In this document: piece after piece, positions 13,218 through 26,545 of the stretch
Position numbering within the stretch: the first letter of the stretch is position 1
Layout of the letters: each line of letters begins with the position of its first letter
Source of the DNA: Sphaeroforma arctica JP610
Taxonomy: Eukaryota
Assembly: GCF_001186125.1 (NCBI RefSeq)
Contig: NW_014039687.1
Coordinates: 1-35,245, forward strand
Length of the DNA: 35,245 bases
Direction: 5' to 3'
The notes under the pieces: model-generated
Database searches by the model: none
What the model was told of the DNA's origin: nothing
Seen by the model: only the letters and a program-made list of their open reading frames with translations
Translations under genes and position numbers: made by a program

Positions 13218-13287
13218 TGCACTTAGATATATCTCATTCATTGTTATAAAATGCACTTAGATATATCTCATTCATTGTTATAAAATG
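13218..13287. repeat. Perfect 34-bp tandem duplication
   Basis: tgcacttagatatatctcattcattgttataaaa at 13218 and 13252, just upstream of the DOMON gene. Confidence 0.95.
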
Positions 13288-13450
13288 TGGTTATCATGGT
13301 GCATCTCACGGGGCGGACTCGAGGAGTGAGGACAGGAAAGTGGGGGTTTTTCCCAAACAATTGTACTGCAATGGAACCATAAAATTCATATTTGTATGCT
13401 TTTTAAAAAAAATATGTAATATGAAAAGAAAATAGGTGATATCAATTGGG

Positions 13451-13477
13451 TGCGGACTGCGGACTGCGGACTGCGGA
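13451..13477. repeat. (TGCGGAC)x4 heptamer repeat in the divergent intergenic region
   Basis: tgcggactgcggactgcggactgcgga, GC-rich within AT-rich context. Confidence 0.9.
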
Positions 13478-14698
13478 AGTTATTTTTGGTATGTAACATA
13501 ATCCGAACCAGTTTCGATAGATCTTTTTCAGCCAATGGGGATTGGATTCTGTTTAAAATTGAACTACATAAAACTCCCTCGTTAGTCGTTTTTAGGCGTA
13601 AAAAGTATTATATTTTGTTATAAACCCCCCCCCCCCCCTTTACCTAAGGACTAAATAGCAAAGAATTTACAACTACATTTTTAGTGATTTTACGTTCGAC
13701 ACTTCAATCCTTTTAACTTTTACGCAATCCTTTTAATTTTTAATGAATACTTTGGTTTGGTTATGTTCATAATTGGTTCAACATGTTTGATGGAGGTGCA
13801 ATATTTGAACTCCGAGGTACAATGACTAAACATATACCCCCTCATACCATCCGATTGTTTTAATATTAGGTTAGGCCCTTTTTTCTTCTCTTGCATACGT
13901 TAAAATTTGTACGTTAAACGTATCGGTGAACTACCAAAACGTAATGAGGTTTGGAGTGGAGGACTGGGGCACTGGGCGCGCGGCGGGCATGGTCCCACGC
14001 CCCACTGGGGGCTGGGGCCTGGGCCCTGAAATCAGTGGAATGTAAGAATTATAGTCTATAAATAAACCATTTAAAAAAAAAAGAGTCTTCGTGAATATGC
14101 AGCTATTTACTCTGAACAATATTTACATGGGTTTGTCCAGGCCCTCTGGTGACTGGTGAGTCTGGTGTCTCCGGATCAGCAAGAGACCTAGTCTCTCGAG
14201 TTTCGAGTCTCGACTCTCATCACTCAGTCTCGAGGCGAAAATCAAGTTCTCTATTCAAAAAAGAAATAAAAATACGACTGATCCAAAGGGCCGGGGTTTT
14301 TTATAGCCTACGTATCATAGCCTCCTATAAACGTATTTGTTTTTCTATGAACTTTCTTTTTGGAAAAGTAGTATTCAAGCCACCCAAACGGCAAACAAAG
14401 CCTTCTGAAAATTGGACATTTCAGAAGGCTATGACCCAAATAAGGATTTTAATTTGTGCCGCCCATATCCGATTACCGTTTATTCATTCCAAACACCGAT
14501 TCATACCTTTACACAATACAGAACACAGACTACACGGTAAAGATACATACCAATATCTTTAAAAACAACAGATGTCACATGATAACAACCTTTCTGAGAA
14601 AAAGCTAATCTGTGATATATACATACATGTAGTGTTTTCATCTAGTATAGGTGCATATATTTGATATAACTACTTTTATTAATAGCTCCACATGCGAA

Positions 14699-15111
14699 AT
14701 GGCTGGTTCTACTCCTTCATCATTAAAACTGTATGTGCGTGCAACTTTAGCAATTGCCAGCGCTACTGCGTTAGGTGATTTCATATGCCAAAGAATGGGG
14801 CATGACGACGGGAAATGGGTATGGGATAAACATAGAACAGGCAGGATGTTCGCTGTGGGTATGTTTATGGGTCCACTTTCGCAAAAATTCCATACTACGA
14901 TCGAGCTAGTGCTGCCAGGAAATTCCAATAGGTAAGCTTTGGGCTTCCGTGCGTTTACCAGTAAGATGATAGAACACGATAAAACTTACGAAAGTCCGTC
15001 GATGTTTCAATTTTGTACATAGTTTGAACGTGCTTATACGNNNNNNNNNNNNNNNNNNNNCTATATATAATTATATATTACTATATATATATTATATATA
15101 TATATATATAC

Positions 15112-15151
<40 letters not shown>

Positions 15152-16703
15152 ATATATATTAGATGTATATAATATATATGTATATACGTTAATGTTTATT
15201 TTGTGTGTGTGTTTGTAAATATATACGCAAGTATGCATATACATCTGTCAATATTTATGCATCTATTCATATATAGGTATAGACATATACGTATCTATTT
15301 TTATACTTTTATCCCACTATTGAAGTTTCATACACTCATCTTTGTGTGATTATTGACTTTGCTGAGTAATTATGTATTTACCCGATACCTACAATTGGGT
15401 ATATTTTCTTGACCATGTATTGGCAACAAATAACCGAATCATGTATACTTATCTGCACTCACCTACATACAGACGGGTGATGGAGAAAGTATTTGTGAAC
15501 ACTCTCACAGGCCCTCTGTTTATCAGTGCAAACTTCACTGTGAACACCCTTTTGCAAGGCAAGACAATGTCCGATGCAAAAGACAGGATCATAAATGATG
15601 TCCCCGGTACCTTTGCGCGGGGTACTCTTTACTGGCCCATCATTTCAGGGCTGCAGTTCAAACTAGTACTCTTGCAGGTATGTATACTTTGACGTAGTGA
15701 TGCTTGGTTTATGCCCTCCATATGCAGTGGGACGTGATTGAATCTTGTGAACATTTTATCTGTCGTTAGTATATACGGTGGGGCGCAATAGTCCAACCTT
15801 ATTTTGCGGCAAGTAAGTATATGTGGAGTCATGTGGACGCTCACGAGCGCTGTATTTGTGCTGGTGCTGTATGGCCACACTACCAGTGACGTACTTGTTA
15901 GCGTAGTAGGCACACAATGTTCTGGCGTGTGAAATCAATAGTACAGTCAGAAACGGGTGCAATGTCTCCATGTATTTATAGAGCCGACTGAACCGAAATA
16001 CGTGAACTGAGATGTGTTCTGTAATGAAATACCAGAATTATCCATTCAAGCTTGGTGAAAAGTAGGTACGTACACTATCACGCTCGTTGCCCACACGGTC
16101 ATAGCAGTACTGCGCCGTATGCTCATATTATTAGAGCGATCATCCAGAGTATCAGTAAAGGATAGCCATCAGTAAAATAGAGGCGTATCTCCGGGTGTTG
16201 TGTATTAATGATCCGTATTACCTGCTTGCCTACTGACATATTGCTGAATTTTACATATTCATCGACCCATTGTGTATCTATGCAGGATAGTAATCAGTAT
16301 ATTACAAGCATGTCTCCGGGTGTTGTGTTTTAATGTATTAATGGTCAGTATTAGCGTAATTTATTGTAGCGGAGATGTATAGTTCACCAACCTATTGTAC
16401 TGTACGTACGCTATATATCATGCGCTCGGATTACACTATGCAATTGCCAATCCATTCAACGAGATCAAACATACTGATTATGCAGACACATGCGCCTCCT
16501 TTTTTCACCCACAGTATAGGCCGATTTTCGGCAGTATGGCCACAGTGCTCTGGAATACCTACCTGTCAAGTGTGGGTAATAAGGCTGAGATCGAGATCGT
16601 CGATCCGGCACATATTATAGATAATCTGAGCGTAAGCGCGGCGCGCCGTATGTCAACGGAAGCTGTCTATCGCGAGCATGGGGTATGGGGCGACGATGAT
16701 TAG
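14699..16703 (+). CDS. Mpv17/PMP22 family membrane protein (208 aa, 3 exons)
   Basis: Exons 14699-14931, 15473-15677 and 16515-16703, phase-consistent. Family motifs: ALGDFICQ, WDKHRTGRMFAVGMFMGP, KVFVNTLTGP, LYWPIISGLQF, YRPIFGS..VLWNTYLS. Confidence 0.9.
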
Positions 16704-18251
16704 GCAACCAAATGTTATTAGGTATATATACTCTATATATCTACGTGTGTGTGTTACAAAGCATACTTTATACCTACCGGCCGAGTGTAGGTGATACGGC
16801 CGAGATAGAGACCCTTGATCCGGCACATATCATGGGTTATCGGAATGCTCGTGCGGTACAGCGTATGGTATTGACTTGAGCAATGGTCTTGAGGCTCTAC
16901 TATGATTGGACAAGCAAGTGTTAGTGGGTTGATACGTCACTTTGTACTTGCATCCATGTATTCACATGCGTGCAACGTTGTCGGTTGCTATATGACGATA
17001 GAGGAGTACGGATCTGACATACACTGCTGAACCAGAGTATGGTTTGGATTTTTGCATATGATGCTTGTATATTGGCTTGTCCGTACACAAACACAATGGT
17101 GTGTAATGGTTACAGGCAAATGCCTGTGGTGATATGGATCTACGATAGCAATACCCGTGTAGAGGGCATGGGCAACAACTATCTGTAGGTTTAAATAGGA
17201 CAGAGGTTAGTTTGGTACCTCACTTTATGGTACTAGATTGTACTGCCGGTAGGATTACTATAGCAGGATAGTGTAAAGAGTACAGCCCACGGCCTGTAGT
17301 GATATGACTGTGATGGTGGCAGTATGGGATATATGTCAAGCTCCACACAACGTCCGGGGATAATACGATGTGCAGGAACTTGAGGTCAAAGTTGGAGGCC
17401 CGTATACTAGTGGGTTTGATGTTATTATGGGGATGTACTAACGCAAATGCTGCATGTAGAAGGGATAGTCAATGACGTTAGGTTAGTGGTCTGGCTTTAC
17501 TCAGGGCTCGATGGGGTGGGCATGGCAGGCATATAGCATTCATGGACAGTGTGAAATGTGGAATAAGCTAGGCGGATTGGGTGAATGTTTCGCCTGTTGT
17601 ATGCTGGCGTATGGACAGTACCAAACCATAACCGAATACAGCGTATAGCAGGAAAATTGCCTGTAACAATGGCTGTATGGGAAGTCATCGTCCCGCTTGC
17701 CCTGTGGCCTGACCAGGCGCACTACGAAACAACTGGGCCGAACTTTACAATGTGTATAGCGTTGCTGGCGGTAATGTTGCACACGGTTGGAGAGGTGCAA
17801 GGAGGCGAGTTGTATTGCTCTAGCGATGGTGGTGGGAGGATGTCTAACAGTCTAGTTATATTCACGGTCAATACGAAAGGTCGAGTGGGGAACAATCATT
17901 GTGTGCTTTCAGGTGTTATTAACCGCTCTATTAATGTGCACTGAAGGTGCAGCTACTGTGTAATACCTCGTTTACTGAGATACAAGGAACAACCGAACTA
18001 TATATATATATATATATATATATAATAGATCTATTCAAACGGTGTCGGAGTGTGTCATTCCACATTAGAACCAACTGGTGTCTGACCGAGATACGACTGA
18101 ATCAACCGCTGCGTAATGCTGACGGCGCTTTCGATGCCCGCCGCTGCTTTAGGTGTGCATAATACCAAATTGCTTCAGAATTCATGCAGCTTTTACATTG
18201 TATAGCGGCTTGTTCAGCACCCAATATATATATATATATGCTTTATTTTAT

Positions 18252-21200
18252 TTACTCTGTTGTTTGCAATCTAACTAAGTTATAGTACCGTCCCTTCACG
18301 GCCATGAGCTCACTATGTGTGCCCTCTTCGACTACCTTGCCCAACTCAACCACGCAGATCTTATCTGCATTCTCCACAGTTTTCAATCTGTGCGCTATCA
18401 TTATCGTCGTGCGGCCCTGTGGTGATTGTAGTTGGTGCACATGTAAATAACATATCAACGCCGTGTTTCATAAGTACGTATGTTACAATAAACATTTACA
18501 CCAGAATAAACATAGCTTGTGTACAGACCGCTGTAGCTCTCGACGTCTCATATTGACCACTCATGACTGCTATAGAAAACATGTATAACGGACTGCATAA
18601 CCCTATATAGTTATCTACATCTGCCATGTACACAATTGCGCACCCTTTCATACATATAATCACATTCATGCCAATAAAACATAAACGTACCAAAACCATA
18701 CATACATTTATACATACATACAAACATAAATAAAAAAATACATACATTCATACATACACATACATATATATTATATAAATATATACATTCATACATACAC
18801 ATACATATATATTATATAAATATATATATATGTATATATATATATAAGCATACCTCAGCAGCAGCGTCAAGCGCGCTCTGTACTACTCGCTCACTCTCGG
18901 CGTCTAAGGCGGAAGTGGCTTCGTCCAAAAGCAGGATCTAAAAATAGAACGTGAATTCATGATATGAGATACGAGATGCTTAACGGCACAAATCTGAGCA
19001 ACCCCTCCAACCGATATTGAGTTATCAAATGATAAACAGGGGCCATGAAACTGATGCAAACAAAATCTGAAAATCCAGAAACAAATACAGTAGAAAGATT
19101 TAAAAATAGAAACGGATACAGTGGAAAGATCTAAAAATAGAATGGTACTCAGGCGTATACCTTTGGATCTCTGAGAAGAGCGCGGGCGATGGCCACCCGT
19201 TGTTTCTGGCCTCCACTCAGTAACGAGCCGCGCACACCCAAGTGAGTGCTGAGACCGTCTTCCAACTGATCGATAAATGACATGGCATTCGCCTGTGTGG
19301 TACAAATAACTTTAAATATGAGCCATATTGATTGGTAAAGAGTACATTGCGGCAATGGTATTCGCCTATATAAATATTTTTAAATAGAACCCACTGGTTG
19401 GTAGAGAGTAAATGTCGCAATGGCAATCGCCCGTTTGGATGATTCTAAATATGTGCCAATTCGATTGGTCTAGAGTGCATGCAACACGGCGTTTCACATC
19501 CGCCTGTATGGATTGGAGCTGTTGCTGTGTGTTGAAGGGGTGGGTAAGTCACGTGTTTCTATACACATCCGCCTGTATGGATTAGAGCTGTTGCTGTGTG
19601 TTGAAAGGATGGGTAAGTCACGTGTTTCTATACACATCCGCCTGTATGGATTGGAGCTGTTGTTGTGTGTTGAAGGGGTGGGTAAGTCACGTGTTTTTAT
19701 ACACATCCGCCTGTATAGATTGGAACTGTGTGTTGAAGGGGTGGGCAAGTCACGTGTTTCTATACACATCCGTCTGTATAGATTGGAGCTGTGTGTTGAA
19801 GGGGTGGGTAAGTCACGTGTTTCTATACACATCCGCCTGTATGGATTGGAGCTATTGCTGTGTCTTAAAGAGGTGGGCAAGTCACGTGTTTTTATAGGCT
19901 GGAGGTGCCATAGACATACCACCTTTTCTCGCTCGCAACCGATAAACTCTCTACCCAATACTTCGCCTCCAGGCCATGCACAAAGTTCACTCAAATCACA
20001 ACCACAAACACAACCACGCATTCCTGTGTATTTGTCCACTGCCATATGCACGCACCTTCTCGCACGCAGCAATGATCTCCTCGTCCGACACCGGGTGTGT
20101 ATCTACGTCCAGGCCGTACACAATGTTCTCTCTAACCGTTGCGGTAAACAGGTCAGGCTCTTGGCCTACCAAGCCTATAGCCTGGCGAAGACTCTGCAGG
20201 TTGTATTCGCGTACATCCACGCCATCCACACTCAGGTGACCCCCGCGGGGTTGGTAGAACATCTCAAGTATGCCCATGGCCGACGACTTGCCGCAGCCAC
20301 TGTATATGGAAATGCATGTGTACACAGTGTCGTGATGAGATCAGAGATGGAAAGCCACTGTATATAGAGATGCATGTGTACACAGTGCCGTGATGAGCTC
20401 AGATATGGAAAGCCACTGTATATGGAGATGCATGTATACACAGTGTGATGGTGAGATTATAGATGGAAAGTGTGACGCGACGTTTTTGTGTGTGTGTGCA
20501 TGTGTGGGTGGCAAAGGTCGACGGTAGTGCCCCGATTTGTGCGCTCCGCTTGCCATAAACCGAGACAGGCTTGAGCGTTGAACACAGTAAATGAGGTATG
20601 GTCGTTATCAATATCACCATCCCAATTTCCACAAACACGACGTTCCGAAGCGGTTTCTAATTGTCTAAACCCTAAAACCCTTTAGGAGAGATGTGTGTGT
20701 TTTTATATATCAAGGTGTATATGAAGAACATATACACTCCATCCACACTTACGTGAACCCCCCCCCGGAGGTTGGTGGTTCGTCTCCAGTAGGCTCATTG
20801 CCGACGATTCTTCACAGTCTTTATATATGTACATGTACATGTACATGTATTCAATATGTGATGTGTTGAAAAGACAATTAAATAAAAGGTGTGTCCGTGT
20901 GTGTATGTGCGTGAGCATTTTTGTTAACAGGTGTGTGTTATAAAGCACGGACAAACGCTTCAAGACGATATATGTATATATATATATATATATATATAAT
21001 TTTACCTTTCTCCGACAAGCGCAAGGGTTTTGCCGGCTTCGATACTTGCGGTGAAGCCGTTAAGGATTGTCTGTCCAGGGCGCGAGGGGTATGAGAACAC
21101 CAACTCATTGAACGAAACCTGGCCCTGCAATTCTACTTCCTGTTTGGATGCTGCTGTTTTGTTGTGCTGTAAACTCACTGCCGACAGCTCGAGACCGGAC

Positions 21201-21658
21201 TGTACCGCTTCTAATTAAGGTGTGAGAACCAATCAGAATACAGGATTTGTTATTAGTATCTATAAAACGGACAGCGGATCAAACAGTGCTACTTGCTGAC
21301 TGAAATCGATTAAATTTTTGAATTGCAAAACTATTATTGACACTTACGTACCGGATATTGCGGAATTTGATGATAAAGCGTATTATTTAAAGTGCTCGTG
21401 CAAAGATAAACAACATTCCGTGCTTAAGAATATAATATACAAGTAATATACATGCAATATATATATATAACATATATGTATACATATATTATTATACATG
21501 TATATGTCGATATATTATATTATATATGTATATGTCGATATATAAATACATATATATATATATATGCGTGTGTGTGTGTGCGTATATATATATATATAGT
21601 GTGTGTATGTATATATATTATATATATATATGTGTGTGTGTTTGTGCATGTGTGCGTG

Positions 21659-21692
<34 letters not shown>

Positions 21693-22472
21693 CATCGATA
21701 GTGTTCTTACCATCTGGGCCGAGTGCTTCAACTTCCTTCGCCCCCATATCGTCTCCATGATCATGTCTACTTGCAAATGACGATACATATACACCAGGCT
21801 GATTAGGTTCGATAAGCGACTTCTTCTCTATAACTCGGAATATACGTGTAGCTCCTTGACGTGCAGCGCCAACGTCTGGCGTGATAGCAAAGGCCGTGGA
21901 TAGACCCAGTCCACCAAAGATGAGCGCGGAGAAAGTTGTAATCATACCCTGCAAGAACATGAAGGTATGCATAATCAGGACGTGTCTACGTGTGTGTTTG
22001 TGTATTTATACGCGTGTGTTTGTGTATATATACACGTGAGTGTGTATATTTAAACACGTGAGTGTATACATGTATATACGTGTCGATATAGATTAGTACG
22101 TATAAGTCGTCTATAAGTCGTCGTACAGGTGCAGGTCAGTGATGCTTGAGCGTGAGTGTATATGATATATGCAGCACTAGCGTGGACTAATGACTCGGGT
22201 TGGGCAAGACCTAACCCGTTGAAGGTTACTATGGAGAAGGTAGTGGACATACCTGTAATAGCAATGTGTATATATGCGTGTGGTGTGTGTGTGTATTTTA
22301 ATTTGTGTGAATTAAAATATGTGAGTCTGCATGTTGATGGTTGCCGTGATCAAGTGTAGTAGAACTAAGATGACATCTTGATCGGATACACGGCAACCGA
22401 TGAAACCGAGTGAACACATGTGCCATGTACCATATGCATGTATTTAATACATATATATATATATATATATAT

Positions 22473-22528
<56 letters not shown>

Positions 22529-25434
22529 ACTCCTACCTTACCTACCTACCGACGNNNNNNNNNNNNNNNNNNNNNNNNNNNNNNNNNNNNNNNNNNNNNN
22601 NNNNNNNNNNNNNNNNNNNNNNNNNNNNNNNNNNNNNNNNNNNNNNNNNNNNNNNNNNNNNNNNNNNNNNNNNNNNNNNNNNNNNNNNNNNNNNNNNNNN
22701 NNNNNNNNNNNCATACATACATACATACATATATCGACTTTAATTGGTTGGAAGATATATATGTAGAACTAAATGCGTTGAGTTAGACGTATATCTATAT
22801 GACTATATCTACACAAAAATAAGGTCCACGCTGCCAATGTCCAGGGATTGCTGAGGACTATACCATGGGGGCAACTGGTACTTCTCAACATACGAACATT
22901 CACTATGACAATCGTACACACATTCTCAATCACTCAATAACTTGTCACACTCACGCATATGTTTTGCCGTGTACACGGACGTTCCAACCATAGCACTATC
23001 GCTTTGAATGATACAAATAACTATTATAATAAACGCATATACACGGTCAGTCACATGAACATAGCTCCAAGTACTTTCGAACTTGTGCAATACGTTTTAC
23101 GTTGTTATCACTAAACATACAAATCGGCGTCATGCTTATCAACAAGCAAACACCTTTGTTGATGCTCGAAAGCACATACAAACGCTATCGCCCACGCATT
23201 TAAACATATACATACAAATATACGTATACGTATTCATATTCGTCTTTGCTTAATACAGACATACGTTTTCGCTTACACCCAAGTAAGTGACCGTTCGAAC
23301 TGAGGCCAAGAATTCCCCTGCAATTGTATTTGCATTGTCCATCGACAACAACGCCTTGGCTTCCACCTGCGCGAGTACAAGTCAGAAGATGAGCACGTGT
23401 GTGCATGTATGAATGCGTATGAGTGCGTACGAGTGAGTGCGAGTGAGTGTGTGTAAGTGTACGAGTATGACTATGGCTATGACTATGAGTATGTGTATGT
23501 ATATGTGCATGTGTTTGTCCATATGTATGTGGATGTGTATGTGTATGTGGACGCGTAAGTGGATGTGAATATGTACGTGGATGTATATGTGAATGTGTAT
23601 GCATATGCGTGTGTGTATATGTATGTGCAAGTGTATGGGTATGTGTGCGTATGTGTGTGTATGTCCGTATGTGTGTACGTGTGTAAGTGTATATGTATGT
23701 GTGTACGTGTGTAAGTACGCGTGTATGTATATATATGTATGGTGTGTGTGTGCATAGCGCTTGTGTGTGTGTCTACATATGGTGCATAGCAATATGAACC
23801 CGAGCTCCACCGATATGACATACAACTTTTTTGATACTCACTGAAACACAAATTTTGTTCGTCGGTTTTGGGACGCAATGAAGTGACGAACAAAGCCGTT
23901 CGCCCAATTTCTTTCGATTTGGGACTTTTAAGACCCAAATAACACTACAATCATACCGTTCTGGACAATCTGATTCCCAAATACGCTGCAAGGCCTGTGG
24001 CTGGTATAGTTGCAAACATAACCGCCGCCAATTGAGCGCACGAGGCAAATCCAATTGCAACTGCGGGAGTTTAATATCGAGGGAAACGGTAAGGTGCTTG
24101 CTTTTATAATGACTTGGTGATATCCTTCTTTGCCTGTTGTAGGTCCGCATACATTGCTCTGCTGCATACAACAAATGAGCATATATATGCGGTGCTTATC
24201 AGTCTATATCCTTGTATATATGAGTTCGGGACATATTCAATGAAAGTATACGTATGATCGAACAAATATACGCATATCAATTCCATATACGCATATCAAA
24301 AAAACATACGTATGTCAATCACATACACGTATATCAAATAGATATACGCATATCAAACAAGGTACACACATATCAATCAAATATACGTATATATCAAGTA
24401 CATATACGCATATCTAATACATATACGCATATTGAGCAAATAGACGCATATCAAATACATATACACGTATCAAACAAATACACGCACATAAAACGAATAT
24501 GCGCATACCGACCACATCATATTACACAAATACACGCACATCAAGCTCACATACCTGAAGTCAGTACGGTGGTGAACATCATCGTCTGAGCTATAATCAC
24601 ACCGCCAGTCAGATTGGAGACATTCGCGGCATCTGTCGAGAGATTCACTGATAGAGCACCCACACTGTGTTCCTCTTGGTCGAAAAACCCAATATCCTGC
24701 ATTTGGTAGGCAAATCAGGTTTCAAAAATGTGGGAATATGCCTATATATAGGCCCATTTTTTAACCCACCTTCGGCCCTGATATGTACACAACAGGGAAA
24801 GTATTTCAACATCCGTCGAATATTATATTTATTATCCGACACCCATAGGTGTTTGTCAACTCACAGACACAGTCAGCACTTGGCGCTACTGTACTTACCG
24901 TTCTTTTCTCCCCTTATCGTTTACATTCACATATAATCAATCGATCCCCATACGCACACGGGGTTAGAGATATGTACACAGATAGCCCATACCTGTCGCA
25001 TCAACGACCTGAAGGTCTTCTCCCGCAATCGTCGGGTGAGTTTCTCGGCCACATAGCCGTTGGCCGTGTGCATGAAGAAGTTGGACGCAAAGGCAATGCA
25101 GCCGATGAGAAAGAACAGCCACACGTAGAACATCGAACGTTCGGTATCCTGTGCGTGAGTCGTATTGAGAAGTGTGTGGGCACAAGCATGAATTAGGAAC
25201 AAAAAGGTCTGTATATTAATACTGAATTCTGTGTTTGTATGGCAGGGACGTACTTGGATTGTGCACACAGACAACCGAAGGAAGGAATAGGCAAGAATGG
25301 TATGGAATAGTCTCACATCAAAATGTACATATGTATGAACCTATATGTGTCAATAGCAGTGCAAATGTGCTAAAGTATACGCACAGGTGATAATATATAT
25401 AGATATATATATATATTATAAATATATATATATA

Positions 25435-25477
<43 letters not shown>

Positions 25478-26507
25478 GCGTGGCTAAGTTGTCCGCAAAA
25501 AAGTATTTATTTATTGACCGCCTAGATAGTATTTATAAACTATCTAGAGTAGTATATAGATATATATACATTCACAGCATACACGAGAAGAGAACCAAAT
25601 GCGATACATCATAATTCTTGTACTTACATATTAAAAGTGTGTGTGTGTGTGTATGAACCTACAGCCTCCTATATATATATATATGTAAATATATATGTAT
25701 TTATATATTTATCTATCTATAAATATATATATATATATATATATAATAAACAAATATATAGATATAGATATATATGTGTGTGTGTGTGTGAGTGAGTGTG
25801 TGTGAGTGTGTGTGTGAGTGTGTGTGTGAGAGAGAGTGAGAGAGAGAGAGAGAGAGGGAGAGTGTGTGTGTAAGTGTGTGTATATATATACAAAAATATA
25901 GGTGCACATGCAAATATATATGTATATTTATATTATATATATATATCGAAGTACTTACCACTGTGATGAATACCCACAGCATCTCTCCGAAAGCAAAGGC
26001 GAACATCGGCCACATAGCACCACTGATTATGGCACAAACGAAACCAACGAACAGAAGCCACCACTCGGGACGCTGAATCATGATCACCTTAAAAAAGTGC
26101 TGGAAGTTCGTATAAAGATAGTCATACAAGTTAGAAGCATGTTTTGTCTCATGAATCACGTTAATAACACTTCATAAGGTGATGTAAGTTGATATAAGGA
26201 TAGAAATCCAAGCCAGAATCGAACTTTGTCATTTTGAAAAGTGCTGTAAGTCGGTGGAAATGGGTGAAGAGAGGTAGATATACAAAAACCCTAAAAGACA
26301 GGAAAGAAAAATACAAGTTAGCAACATGACTTTGTCATATGTTCATCCATACGCACGACACCAGACTCGCCAAAATAACCACGAGCTAAAGTACTACACA
26401 TATGCACTGAAGTACAACTCTCACTCACACACACACACACACCCATACACAAACACAAACACACCCATACACACACACACACCTCTTCCCGGCATATGCA
26501 CTGAAGT

Positions 26508-26545
<38 letters not shown>

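Noticed and set aside
14149..14562. 137-aa ORF upstream of the Mpv17-like gene
   Set aside because: GTG start, no recognisable motif or splice partner, and it lies in a probable promoter or 5' UTR.
17540..17860. Faint resemblance of the minus-strand translation (RLLDIL...IHIVKFG) to a restriction-like endonuclease of non-LTR elements
   Set aside because: Catalytic residues are not conserved, a stop is present and no reverse transcriptase is nearby; too weak to call a mobile element.
19495..19895. Possible CRISPR array (also considered for 31823-32290 and 26680-27012)
   Set aside because: The whole unit is repeated with no unique spacers, there are no cas genes, and the context is a eukaryotic intron.
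19494..20367. Long ORFs (284 aa on +, 192 aa on -) with 23/21-aa repeats
   Set aside because: They are translations of an intronic minisatellite whose unit length is a multiple of 3, and they overlap or run antisense to ABC exons.
23367..24554. Apparent missing TM9-TM10 exon or frameshift in the ABC gene
   Set aside because: The exon was found at 24060-23957 ([35 protein letters not shown]) and restores phase.
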